Assembly (NCBI RefSeq): GCF_006345805.1
Contig: NC_042999.1
Location: 11,842,001 to 11,906,000 of the forward strand
DNA: 64,000 nt
Direction: 5' to 3'
From: Octopus sinensis
Taxonomy: Eukaryota
The position numbers were made by a program, and so were the translations under genes. Below are positions 38,641 through 50,639 of the stretch, piece after piece. Within the stretch, counting starts at the first letter, position 1. Each line of letters begins with the position of its first letter. The notes under the pieces were generated by a model. That model made no database searches. It was not told where the DNA came from and worked only from the letters and a program-made list of their open reading frames with translations.

Positions 38641-38983
38641 TTTCTGCATAGAATACAACACACTGACAAAACCAATGGAATTAAATGACTATATACGTTA
38701 ACAAAATTAAATTGAATTAAATGTATAAAAAAAGAAATAGAAAAAAATAAGTAGGTATAAACACATAAACAAAATAAATGAAAACAAATTAAACGAACGT
38801 GTATAAACAAGGGATACAGATAATAAGGCAATCCCACCCCCCACACACGCACTTACTAAACATAGACACACATAGGGGTATACGCATGCGCAAATAAAGA
38901 CACATACAGTAGGAATACAAAATATAAAATGGCTGATCATTAGTAAGGAAAGACACACAAATAAGAAAGAAGAAATCAAGGGA

Positions 38984-39023
38984 CCACTGATGAGGTCACA
39001 GAAGTGTGACGAAAAAACTCTGG
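38984..39023 (+). ncRNA. Decayed type-I hammerhead motif
   Basis: CCA-CTGATGA-ggtcac agaagt gtgac-GAAA-aaac-TC-TGG; one base is missing in stem II and stem III is unpaired. Confidence 0.4.
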
Positions 39024-39142
39024 CCGAAATAGGATTAATGTTAAAAATAAAATAAAGCTGAAGCAAATTAACACCAAATATATAGTGCGTGTGTTTTTTA
39101 TTGGCTACACTGGCAACATGACCATCCCCAAATACAACAATG

Positions 39143-39197
<55 letters not shown>

Positions 39198-39199
<2 letters not shown>

Positions 39200-39452
39200 C
39201 AAATAAGAAAATGAAGGAGAACAATAGTTGGTTCCAAAACTTTAGGACATTAAAAATGTTAACTTATTTATTTATTAAACTGATAATTATAATATCATAC
39301 ATATATATAGCATATTATTCTATGCATATAAAATAAGGATACAAGTAATTATTAAAAAACATAATTATTAGTTTAATAAATAAATAAGTTAACATTTTTA
39401 ATGTCCTAAAGTTGATGAACCAACGATTGTTCTCTATTTTCTTATTTGCAAT
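39198..39452. repeat. Foldback, ~90-bp arms, next to (TA)n
   Basis: 39198-39290 is the reverse complement of 39361-39452. Confidence 0.8.
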
Positions 39453-39625
39453 ATAAATTAATGATAAAATATCTCTTTACCTTCACCCATTTAATACACT
39501 AGGTAAGTTAATTGCAATGCAATGAAAAACACTTGTGTATTAATAATTGGGTATTCTACCAGCAGTATATTGGATAGATATTATCCCTTAGTGGGTTGGA
39601 CTCACAACCCCTAACTTTCTTGGAG

Positions 39626-39657
<32 letters not shown>

Positions 39658-40271
39658 TGTTTTGTCTGGGGAGAGTCATTTTCTTTTTGTGCCTTATAAT
39701 GTAACACACTCACCGGTAAAAGTTCCACTTATTTCTTATTTTTATTTGCCTAAAATTTTCGTTGCGTCTTGCAACCTTTTTAATAGTCTTGACTCTCTCA
39801 AATCCCAAAACGAAATATATATATATCTGTGTATGCATGTATGTTGCGGTACTGTAACCAGAGAGGTGTAGTCAAGTTCTAAAGTTAGCTGGGAGCGAGT
39901 ACATTGGGAAAGGCATCGTGACACATACCAAACGATTTTTAACTCATTTCTCTGATATTACGCGAAATATTTCGTTCGTTATAATATAGGCAATTGTGTT
40001 CTACATTCATTAATTTCATGTTTCAGTAATAATGTCATTACGTTTGACGTCACACCTACTGATATAGGTGTGACGTGAAAAAGACGAAACTCCACGGGAT
40101 CGTTCAGTGTCGAGAAGTTATGATGTCAGAGTTCGTTTTGGCTCTTCAGATGTCAGCGGCCACCAACAACACATCAGAGGAGATTGAGTGGACAGTTGAA
40201 AATACACGGGTGGTTCGTCAAATAAGATAACTCCAGAAAATTTTTCCGATGCCATGCGATTAACAGAAGAG

Positions 40272-40402
<131 letters not shown>

Positions 40403-40679
40403 TTCCACTTTTATTGAACTAAATATTTAAAAAAAAAATTGTTGAAAAGGCGCTAATTTTGAAATTTGTGTTCTCCTATTAGCTTTGCCACTGACTGTAA
40501 CAGCGACGAGTGTTTCGTTGACTAGAATATTCTTCTGCAAGATAAATAACCCGTGATATCTCATCCAATGTGAGAATTAGCCGTTCATATTGGGAAATCC
40601 ATAGAAATTAAATATAAGCATCAGTCTAATGAAATTCAGATTTCTGGAAAAGAAAGCAAATATTTTCTCTTAAGTTAAT

Positions 40680-40960
40680 GGCTTAGGTCTGTCATGAGTC
40701 CTATGATTCGTAAGGGCGAAAGATTAACCAAGTTGCCATGACAGTACAACACTCCCCACTAAACGGGAAACTGGACGGTCGCAAGATTTACTTCCCAGCC
40801 ATTGCTGGGACTTTTTTTTTATTTACAGTTGAGTGGTTTGGAGCAACATGAAAGGAGGTGTTTTGCTCAAGCACAACGTAGCGTCCGGTCTGGGAATCGA
40901 AACTACAATCTTACAATCGTGAGTGCAACACCCTAACCACTCGATCACGCGCCTTCACTA
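40680..40960 (-). mobile_element. Second SINE family copy
   Basis: Reverse complement begins gtgaaggcgcgtgatcgagtggttagggtgttgcactcacg. Confidence 0.65.
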
Positions 40961-41322
40961 AGTAAATAAATAAATTTAAAAAAACAAAAACGTTTCAGAT
41001 TTGATTTAAATTTAGTTCACTTTCACTATTTGTAGTTTAAAGAAATATTACATATAAAAGATAAAACCCTGTTAATCGATACCATTGACCCTACTATGTT
41101 ACTGGTATTTTATTTTATTTACATGAAAAATGATGTAAGGCAAAATTTTCCTCGGCGGGACTGGTCCTTTAGTCATTTGATATCTCCACTCGCTGGATTT
41201 GAACTCAGTGTGGCAAGATAAAGATCTTACAGATGACGTTAACACACCGGAAATCTCGAACAGAAAGGCAAATCATCTCAGCAACTTAGTTATGTTAATG
41301 AAAATAGTTCGACCTCTCTTCC

Positions 41323-41324
<2 letters not shown>

Positions 41325-41360
<36 letters not shown>
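41325..41360 (+). repeat. (CCG)12
   Basis: Read directly from the sequence; a pure CpG-rich triplet run in AT-rich surroundings. Confidence 0.95.
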
Positions 41361-41362
<2 letters not shown>

Positions 41363-41924
41363 CTCTTACAACAGAAAAATAGCAAAAATATATCAAAAGA
41401 AGAATAGGTTGAAAAACAAGTAAAAAAATAAGAGACCTGAACATACTGGAAAATAAGAAACTAAAATGATGTTGATGTTGCTGCTGCTGTTTTTGTTTTT
41501 ATCTTTTTAAATTCTAAAACTGACGCCGAGAAAGACAAAAATGCGAGACATAAAAAATAAAAGCGGTTTTTTTTGTTTGTTTTGCAATACACGAAATTGA
41601 ATGTGATGATAACAGTCTACTGTACACACACACACACACACCACACACACACACACACACATACACATTCGTACGTAGGTGATGAAGGAGACGAAGGTTG
41701 AAGAAAGAATGAAAAGAAAACCCGAAAATATCAAAATACCATAAAAAAAAACTGTTGAAGACCAAACGATGATATGAAACCCGACCGCCAGTCCTCGGTG
41801 AAGTAAAGATACTGACAAATCATCTGTTAGAAGGGACAGCTAGCACATGTTCCACATTCCCAGCGCACCTTAGAACATCTTTGCAATTTTCAGAGCGAGC
41901 TAGAGGAATGTAAGCGATGTGCCA

Positions 41925-41990
41925 AGCAGCCAATAGATGGCGTTGGTAGGCAGTTCAGTGTGACGTCATTTCCTGCCGCCAAATGAAACT
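41925..41990. promoter_or_regulatory. Promoter-like cluster: CCAAT, YY1-like, CRE-ETS
   Basis: CCAAT 41930-34, AGATGGCG 41935-42, TGACGTCA 41961-68 directly followed by TTTCCTG, and GCCGCCAAAT 41975-84. Confidence 0.45.
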
Positions 41991-42830
41991 GCTTTCTTAT
42001 GGAATGCTAGGAACGCTGTCGTCTTTGCGAAGGAACGTTTGCTTTTCATTAGTCTTGATGAGGTTGAAGAAAAGCAAATGGAAAACAGACTCGGTTTGCA
42101 AATAACCTTAAATGTTTTATATATGTATTTTCCCAGTCTTCTTTTACTCTTCTCCCCTTCTTCTCTTTACTTCATTTTCATTTTTCTTTACATTTCATTT
42201 ATTTAGTTATTATATGTTTTACATTCTTTTCTCGAAGTATGGACGTAGCAAAACGTTAACAAAGTTGAAGGTAAAACATACAGGGTACAAAGATTCAGAA
42301 CTGTGTAATATAGATCAAGTTTAACATATTTTGTCATTCTTTCAAGAAGAACCCCGCCAAGCGATCAAAATTACAAAGGAATATAAAAAAAAAGAAAAGA
42401 AAGAAAAATAGAGTAAGAATGATAGACCTGTAAACACTCAGCTTTTGTCTCTGCCCCTCTTTACTGTTTGTTATGGTACAACATATGATAATTCAAAAGA
42501 GACGCTGTTGGGGTCTCGACTGAGTTATGCTTCTTTATTAATGGAATGGTACGTTTCATCATTCCAGCTTTCTACAGATAAATCGTCAAAATTGATAGGA
42601 TTTTTTGTTCTTTGTTACAGCAACAGAGAAGAATATGCGATAGTGATGATGATAATAAGAACAGTTGTTAATTCTATAGAAAAGACATACTTGGTTTTGT
42701 TCTGAAATATGATTACATTAATAACATCTCCAGGGAACACGCTAGCCTAACAATCGAAACCGTTTTTCACATCGTTCACACAACTAAAGCACACAACACC
42801 TCTCTCTCTCCTCCTCCTCTCTCTCTGTAC

Positions 42831-42883
<53 letters not shown>

Positions 42884-43152
42884 TATAGTGAGCAGGTAAA
42901 AGCAAAATGAGCTTTGTACAGATAACAGAGAAGTGGTCAAATGGATGAAAACTGGAAGAACCTCTTATTCCAGGGCCAGCATCTCTGCATCGCAGGTTAG
43001 CTTTAAGAACAATCTTAATCCTTATCGAGCTGTTATGTAGATAGCAAGGTAGATGGACACCAATGTGCTTGAGGCGTATATTTTACATGGATCACAAAAT
43101 ACAAACGAGTGAAAAAGCAAAACAAAACAAAACAAGAATTATGTAAAGTATC

Positions 43153-43427
43153 ATCTCGACAGCTGTTTCAAGACGGCCATAATTTACGTAGCAACCACAT
43201 TCGAATGTTATATATGTATGATGTCATAGCTGAGTGTCCCGCAACACGTCTCGATGAGATTGTTGAAGTAAGTTAGGTATTAGCCACCTTGCTGTCGAGG
43301 AAGGATGCCTAACTTACTTTAACAATTTCATCGGGATTCATCGCAAGACACCTATAACGTCATACACATATTACATATGAATATGTTATTATGTAAGTTA
43401 TGGCTATCTTGGAACAGCTGTAGGGAT
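43153..43427. repeat. Imperfect ~270-bp foldback with hammerhead-like GAAACAGCTGT ends
   Basis: acagctgtttcaagacggccataa pairs with ttatggctatcttggaacagctgt; inner arms ttgttgaagtaagttagg / cctaacttactttaacaa. Confidence 0.65.
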
Positions 43428-43514
43428 AAGATTTATATAATCTGTCTCTCATTTTTTGCTTCTTTTATTTTTCCTTATTCTGTAATCTATATTTCGTGGT
43501 CTGTGTAAATACGT

Positions 43515-43697
43515 CTCAACCAACCATGACCTTGTGAGTGGATTTAGTGGACGGAAACGAAACCTGTCATATATATAAATGTATATATTTATGTCTGTGT
43601 ATTCCTTGTGTTTGAGTTTGTTCCCCACCACTGCTTGACAGTTGGTATTGGTTTGTTTACGTCCCTCTAATTTGGCGGTTCATTAAAAGAAACTGAT
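43515..43697 (+). mobile_element. Major SINE, internal fragment
   Basis: ccttgtgagtggatttagtggacggaaac...ttgttccccaccactgcttgac. Confidence 0.65.
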
Positions 43698-43751
43698 ATA
43701 CATACATACATACAAACATACATACATACATACATACATACATACATACAA

Positions 43752-44120
43752 GACAGAGGGGCGAAGGTATGTACTATCATGGAGGTCAGCTGCTCTGTAG
43801 ATATAAATATCTCTTTGAAAAGAGGATATCTATGGACAACTGCTCCGAAACCTCCAGCTTTATACCAATAATTGGAGCATTAGGTTTTGTTAGTAAATGC
43901 TCAAAAGAGAATCTGGATGAACTGGGATTTTCAGAAAGAGAAACTGACCGGTTGATTCGTACAAGTGTAATCTGTGAGTGGAACAGTAAAAATATGCAAG
44001 ACTTTTCTCAAGTTCCAAATGTGAATTTGTCTGTGTTAACTACATCCCAAAGATGGAGCCTTGTATCTTTGTTGGAAACCGTCCCCCTCCTCGGTGGAAG
44101 ATTTATAATAATTAAAAAAT
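43752..44120 (+). mobile_element. R4/Dong-like LINE, short 3' fragment with 3' UTR
   Basis: DRGAKVCTIMEVSC, FIPIIGALGFV and LDELGFSERETDRLIR. Confidence 0.75.
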
Positions 44121-44644
44121 AGAAGAGACATACGTAATGTTTAACGAGGCGAAGCTAAACATATTTCACAAAATATTAATCAGAGTTTGATGTAACTGAT
44201 CATCAGACAGCTGTAAATATTTTGAATATTTTAAACTATATGATAATGCTGCTTTAAGGATGTTTGAATGTTTAAAACTGATTGGATAAAGTGTTATTTT
44301 GATAGGACTCCCAGAGACTCTGTTTAAAACTAAGAATGCATCCGGGATTAAACAACAACAATTACAAGCATTTGTATTTGGAATATATGAAAACTTTTTG
44401 CATTTTCTTTCACAGTTTATCGTTTGTTGGATAGTGTTACATTCACAAAGAATGTGAGGTTGGGGCCTACATTCATGGCTTCGTAGAAGAATGAGGTGAA
44501 ATAGCTTCAGCCAGGATTTTATATTGGATGGTATCCTGGAGCATACTTACCATTCCATACACCTATATTTTGAAGTAACTGAAAAAAATGAAATGCGGAA
44601 AAACAACAGTATCCGTGGCCATATTTAAGATGTTTTATTAGGTA

Positions 44645-44960
44645 AGGAGGTGCAGTATGGCTGAATGGTTAAGAAATTTTATTCACAACCATGAGGTTGC
44701 GGGTTCGATCCCACAGCGAATCATCTTGGGAAAATGTCATCTTCTGTAGCCTCGGGTCGTCCCATATCTTGTGAGTGAAATCGGATCGACGGAAACTATA
44801 TGGATGACCCCTTTTGGTGGATTGTATTTGTAATTTAAAAGGCACAACGCTATCATACACTATATCACGTTGATTCTGCCAAAGGATTAAGTGAAGAGCT
44901 TCTTACATGTTTATTCAGGAGAAGGTAATTCAGTTGATCAAACAATTGGACCTTCATCGA
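44645..44960 (+). mobile_element. Older tRNA-SINE variant
   Basis: tRNA-like head ggttcgatccc plus a body shared with 46940-47290. Confidence 0.6.
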
Positions 44961-45127
44961 AGGACGGAGATCCACCATCACCCACTTGGTCATTTAGCCT
45001 CAGCTATGAAGGTCGTGTGGGGTTAGAGTTCTGTTCTTGTGACCGAGTATGGAAAACCTTTTCCCATCCTTTTCTATACGTTACACGAAATACACCGATG
45101 TTTTGATATTTATTTTTAAATCATGTA

Positions 45128-45342
45128 TTCTTTTACTTGTTTTGGTCATTCGACTGCGGCCATTCTGGAGTACGGCCTTGAAGGGTTCTTTTTAGTCGAA
45201 CAAATCGACCCCAGGACTTTTTTTCAAAGCCTAATACTTATTCTATCGGTCCCTTTTTCCGAACTGCAATGTTACGGGGATGTAAACACACCAACACCGG
45301 TTGTCAAGCGGTGATGGGAGAGCAAACACAGACACACACACA

Positions 45343-45435
<93 letters not shown>

Positions 45436-45475
45436 CGATGGGCTTCTTTCAGTTTCCGTCTACCAAATCCACTCA
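45128..45475 (-). mobile_element. Major SINE, 3' two-thirds
   Basis: Tail cttttacttgtttt..gactgcggcc through taccaaatccactca. Confidence 0.85.
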
Positions 45476-46616
45476 AATTATTTTTAATAACTTAGACGAA
45501 TCTGGAAACTTGCTTTTGAATAGCTTTCTTATTACACCAAGAAGCAGTTGTTACTGTGACACGTTCTCCTGTTGAAGTATTTACATTAAACTGATACCAG
45601 TTTCAGCGATGATTTAAAGTGGTCTATGATACGATGTTACTAATATGCTTCACAATGCTATCTAGGGCAATAGGAGGCCTGGCTGTGTTTCTTCGAATGT
45701 AAGAACGAAATCTTAGATAAAAATAACTCTCTTTGTAACATATTGATTTATATATTATAAGTAACTAAAGACAAGCGTATAAACTTAACTATGTCGTGTT
45801 CTCGGCGAAGACGAGAACACGACACAGTTTTGTATAACTAATTTATCATCTGTTTAGTTTTATTGACAGTATGACATATATACATACAATAGCGACGCAG
45901 CGGTATAGAAACGGACTAGGAAAACAGATATCCTGACGAATGGAGGTTATTTAATGAACAAATGTGGCCAGATACAACCATAAATTTTGATTTTTATTAT
46001 GATCCATAGAGAAATATTAATGCGTGATTATTTTTGGTACCGTGAAATGGTTTCTCTGTTTGCACTTTGACTTGTATCGTTTTACCAATTTTGTAATAAT
46101 ACTTGCGGTAGGGAACCTTTTGAATACCAGGAGCAAATTGAAAGTTCTTAAGGACCTGAATGAGGCTCATGTGTACTGAGAGAAATTATGAATCTTTGAA
46201 TTCACAATTACGTGTGTACGCAACTTGTAATTAAATTATTGTTTGGGGCTTCAGGCTTAAACATATTTTTTCCTATCGGTTTTTGGAGATTTCATAGTAG
46301 GCAATTTCGAGTTTGAACACAGAAGAGGTCGCTCCTGGTTACGAGGGGTCCTCTACCACCCGATGTAAACAAACAAATGTGATTCATGTAAACCACTGGA
46401 TTGAAACATAACTGTACAGGCATTGTTTCTGTATAATACGTTTAAAATAAGTCGCGCTTTTGAAACCCACTTCTTCTCATCAAATTCATCATTTTCTTAG
46501 GAAGGAGTTCAACTAAACACTGCAACCAGACGAAACACTCGGTAAATTAACATCATTTGTGGAACATATTTAAAGCTACGATAACTGAATCATGTATCGT
46601 AATAATACCATAATTC

Positions 46617-46776
46617 GGCGAAAGTAAAGAATACGCACACCCGGTGTTTAGGGTTAGCGTTAAAGTTTAGGGTTAGGATTAGGGTTTAAGGTTAGGATTA
46701 AGGTTTCGGGTTAGGATTAGGGTTAGGGTTTTTGTTACGCTGAAAACGGGTGGTGTACGTATTCTTTGTCTCCGCC
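46617..46776. mobile_element. 160-bp MITE with GG-starting TIRs, 8-bp TSD and a telomere-like core
   Basis: TIRs ggcgaaagtaaagaatacg / ggcggagacaaagaatacg; ccataatt at 46608-15 and 46777-84; TTAGGG/TTAGGA variants at 46648-46730. Confidence 0.75.
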
Positions 46777-46936
46777 CCATAATTTTTTTATAGATTGGAT
46801 CTGTTAATATCAGGACAGCCTATTTCGATAAAATTTGGTAGAAAATAATAATGTGATGTGTATTCCCCTCATTGTAATGTTGAAATATTTTTTATGCTGC
46901 AGAATAACTGTTATATACGCTACAATATACTAGAGT

Positions 46937-47295
46937 AGGTGTAGTGTGACCGAGGGGTTAAAAAGCTCGCTTCTTAAATGCGAAGTACTGGGTTCGATCT
47001 CACTGCGAAACACCTTGGACGAATATAATTTTTTATAGCCACGAATTTATCCATACGTTTATAGTGAAATCGGGGTGACGGAAACTGTATAGAAGCTCGT
47101 TGAGTAGATTATTTCCATAATTCAAAAGGTGCATCCTTATCACATTGTGTCACGCTGATTCTGTCTGGGAATTCCGTTAAGGGTACACGTGCCTGTGGAA
47201 TACTCAGACACGTATTCATTAATTCGGGAGTAGGTAATTCAGCTGATCACGAACAACTGAATCTTCATCGTCGAGCAACGGAGATCCACAATACA
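46937..47295 (+). mobile_element. Older tRNA-SINE variant
   Basis: gggttcgatctcactgcg head; tail ggtaattcagctgatc...ggagatccaca shared with the 44.9 kb copy. Confidence 0.6.
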
Positions 47296-48229
47296 ATACA
47301 TATATCTATTTATGTAGTTGCTTTTATGTTGAGTTAATAATCCTTTCTACAATAGGCACAAGGCTTGCAATTGGCGGCATTTGAACTGAAAACGTGAAGA
47401 CTGACGAAAATGACTTTGCCAGTTCGCCCTTTATGTCAAGTTATAATAAAACACTTTTGCATTAAACTGAAGAATTACTCAACTCTTCTTGTACTGTACA
47501 TATTTTTATTGTATTTTTACAAGAAAAATTTTGATAATGTTTTCAGATTTTTGCTAGCTTTCGTCATACGAAAGTTAGCAGACTAAAACTTCGGAGTCAC
47601 TGTCATGCCTGTTCTTGCAAAAGTATAATTTAATATCCCTCATACTCATATATATATATACACCTTCGTCATTGTAGATAATTGTTATAAGGTTCTGTGG
47701 TTCAGTTCTCATATAAACTCACGAGTACACTTTACAGTTGGAAATAACGAGGTTTCTGCCCACACCATAAAAGGCCATTTACTTTTGCGTCTTCTAGGGG
47801 TTACAGTCGAATGAAACAAGCGTACTTGCGTGTTGAAAGGGTTACCTTCTTCCATTCAACAAGTATAGCGAGATAATCGTCTATGATGCTTAAATGATGG
47901 CCGTCGAATAAAATATATTAAAAATAATGATATCGTTCTGTGATATTAGTTTGTTCCCTTCGTTTTGTTTAACTTCCTAATAACTTGAGAGACAGTAGAT
48001 AACTTACTTTTACCGAAGACTTGTATCTAATTTGGTATTAGAACAATTTTCATTAAGCATAATTGAAGTTGTACACAAACTTAATTTGTTTCCATTGATA
48101 GGACTAATTGTTATTCAAAAACAATAATCTTTTAATGTTAATATCAGCAAAACTTACTAATTGAAGTAATGCAGCAAACTTCAGTTTGATAAAAGTTTGT
48201 AGGATTTGGCAGGTTGGTTGTAAGTCGTT

Positions 48230-48980
48230 GAAGTGTTGGATGAGATGATTTGAGGTATTTATTTACGACTGTTGACGTTCAGGCTTCAAATCCCGGCATG
48301 GTGTACTTTGCCTTTTATCCTTGCGGAATCATCGATAAAGTAAAGTAGCAGTCAATGTAATCGACCATTGTCTTTGCCTCAAGACTGCTGGGTTTTGTGT
48401 CTCAATTAGAAACCATATCTGAAACTATTGAGTATTTATTTACGATTCTTTACATTCTGAGTTCAAATCTCGCCCTTGTCAACTTTTCTTTTCATCCTTC
48501 GGTGATCGCTAAAGTACCAGTCAAGCTAAAGTACCAATCAAACTAAAGTACCAGTCAAATACTGGAGACGATGTAAACGACTGACCTCTCCCCACCAAAA
48601 TTGTTGGCCTTGTGTCTAAATTAGAAAGAATATTCTTGAGCATTCGTACGAAATAACGAAACGTGCAAGAAATGTAGAAACGGTTCAACTTTTGGAATAT
48701 CAAATTGTGATTATACATTTTTTTAATCTCAAACACTTTTAGAGTTCAGAAGTATTGAAGAGGAAGATAACTTGTTTTTTACTGCTATTGTTTCAATGCA
48801 TCTGTAATAAGATGGCGTGATGACAGAACCGTCTGTGTGTCGGACAAAATGCTTAGCAACATTTCTTCGGGCTCTTTACGTTCTAAGTTCAAATTCTGCC
48901 GAAGTCAACTTTATAGCTACCGGAAGCGATGTTATCGACTTGCCCCTCCTCTCAAAATTTTCTGGCTTTGAACCCTGTAA
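48230..48980 (+). mobile_element. Three tandem degenerate copies of the 'ttcaaat..ccgaggtcaacttt' SINE
   Basis: Motif ttcaaat..g..(g/c)t..actt at about 48286, 48462 and 48888. Confidence 0.6.
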
Positions 48981-49724
48981 CAGATCGGAATCCTATTCAG
49001 TGGGAATGTTGTGGGTTCGATCATTTATATACGTCAAGGAAACCAAGTAGACGGTCATAAGGGTCTTTAAGATTCGGGGAAAAAATAATTCTAAATGAAT
49101 GTTAATAACGAATCAAATTTAATATAAAATCTTTCATTTCTATGAGAGACAACTGGAAATAGGGGACATATGCTGTATGTATCCCTACTTCAATTATACG
49201 ACTTTTGATTTTGAACATTGAATGTTCTGACTTAACTACCAAGAGTCGGCCATTCTTGTATGTCACATGCTGGTTGATAGAAAATGAGTTAATTAAGCAT
49301 TCTGTGGCTGCCTTACGACCGGACTGACTTTCTCCGCAATTAGAGCAAATGTTTGCTGCTGTTGGCCATACTTCGTACTTCTGTACCAATTCAGCTCTAC
49401 AAAGGTGTTGCTCTATTTCTGATAATTTCATGTAATAACCATTATCAAAGCGAGAAGACGCTTCAAATGTTCTGAAAAATTACTTAGAATTATTTGTGAT
49501 CTTTTTGCAGCTGTCATAAGAACTGGCATTAAATCTTAGCTCTTTGCTATAATTATATTTCTTAAGTACCAATAAAAATATAAGGCAAACCATCCACCAA
49601 CGTTTCTTTTTCTTTATTAACCTTCCTCCATTTACGTTTCATACCCCGTTTATTTCTTCATTTATGTTGCTAATTTATGTTTTACTTGGTACGAATTCCT
49701 TATGTTAAGTGATGATGAATATTA

Positions 49725-49781
<57 letters not shown>

Positions 49782-50036
49782 GTCCTATATTTTTAGAGGG
49801 TAAACTCTAATGTATTATTGATTTTGGGATCAAGTGGGATGTAGATGCAACCCTCTGCTTACGAATAATTAGTTGTACGAGTAAATATTTATTTATTTAT
49901 CTCTCTATTCATTCAATTAATCTCAAAAATATGTTGATCCTCGACACACCCACCGAAGAAGTACGGAGATAGAAAATCTTACGAGTGCCTTTAAGTGTCT
50001 GTTCCCATTGCTTACTTGTTGCGGCGTATATATTAC

Positions 50037-50112
<76 letters not shown>

Positions 50113-50266
50113 AAGTTGTTACCACGCATACACACGCGATCACACACATATACACGCGCGCGCTCACACACACAAGTCGTATATACGCGCAACAAATAAG
50201 CATTAAGAACATACACACTATATGTATGTGCATGTGTATGTGTATGCGGAAGTGCGCGCGTGCTTG

Positions 50267-50311
<45 letters not shown>

Positions 50312-50639
50312 GAGTGCCCGCGCGCGCGCGCGCGCGTGTGTGTGCAAAGCTTTTCACTCATTTTTTTTCGGTTGTTAAGTTTCCATATGAGTGCAACTGA
50401 ATTATTTCTTACATTACCATAGAAAAAGCCAGAAAGTCATCTTAGATGATCTTTGCGACTCTTCATAGAGTCTCTAAAGACCAGAATTGGGACGATGTGT
50501 TGTTATTCCATCTTTGCACATGAAATTAAAGACACATTAAAGATAAATACAAACATTTTAAGTTAAAATATCGTAACCATAGTTGTAATAAGTAAATAAA
50601 TAAATAAATAAATGAATAAATAGATAAATGAATAATAAT

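Noticed and set aside
42500-42680. Possible 71-nt plus-strand intron (ATG|GTACGT ... ttgttacag|C)
   Set aside because: The flanking frames are short and unrecognisable, so the signals alone are insufficient.
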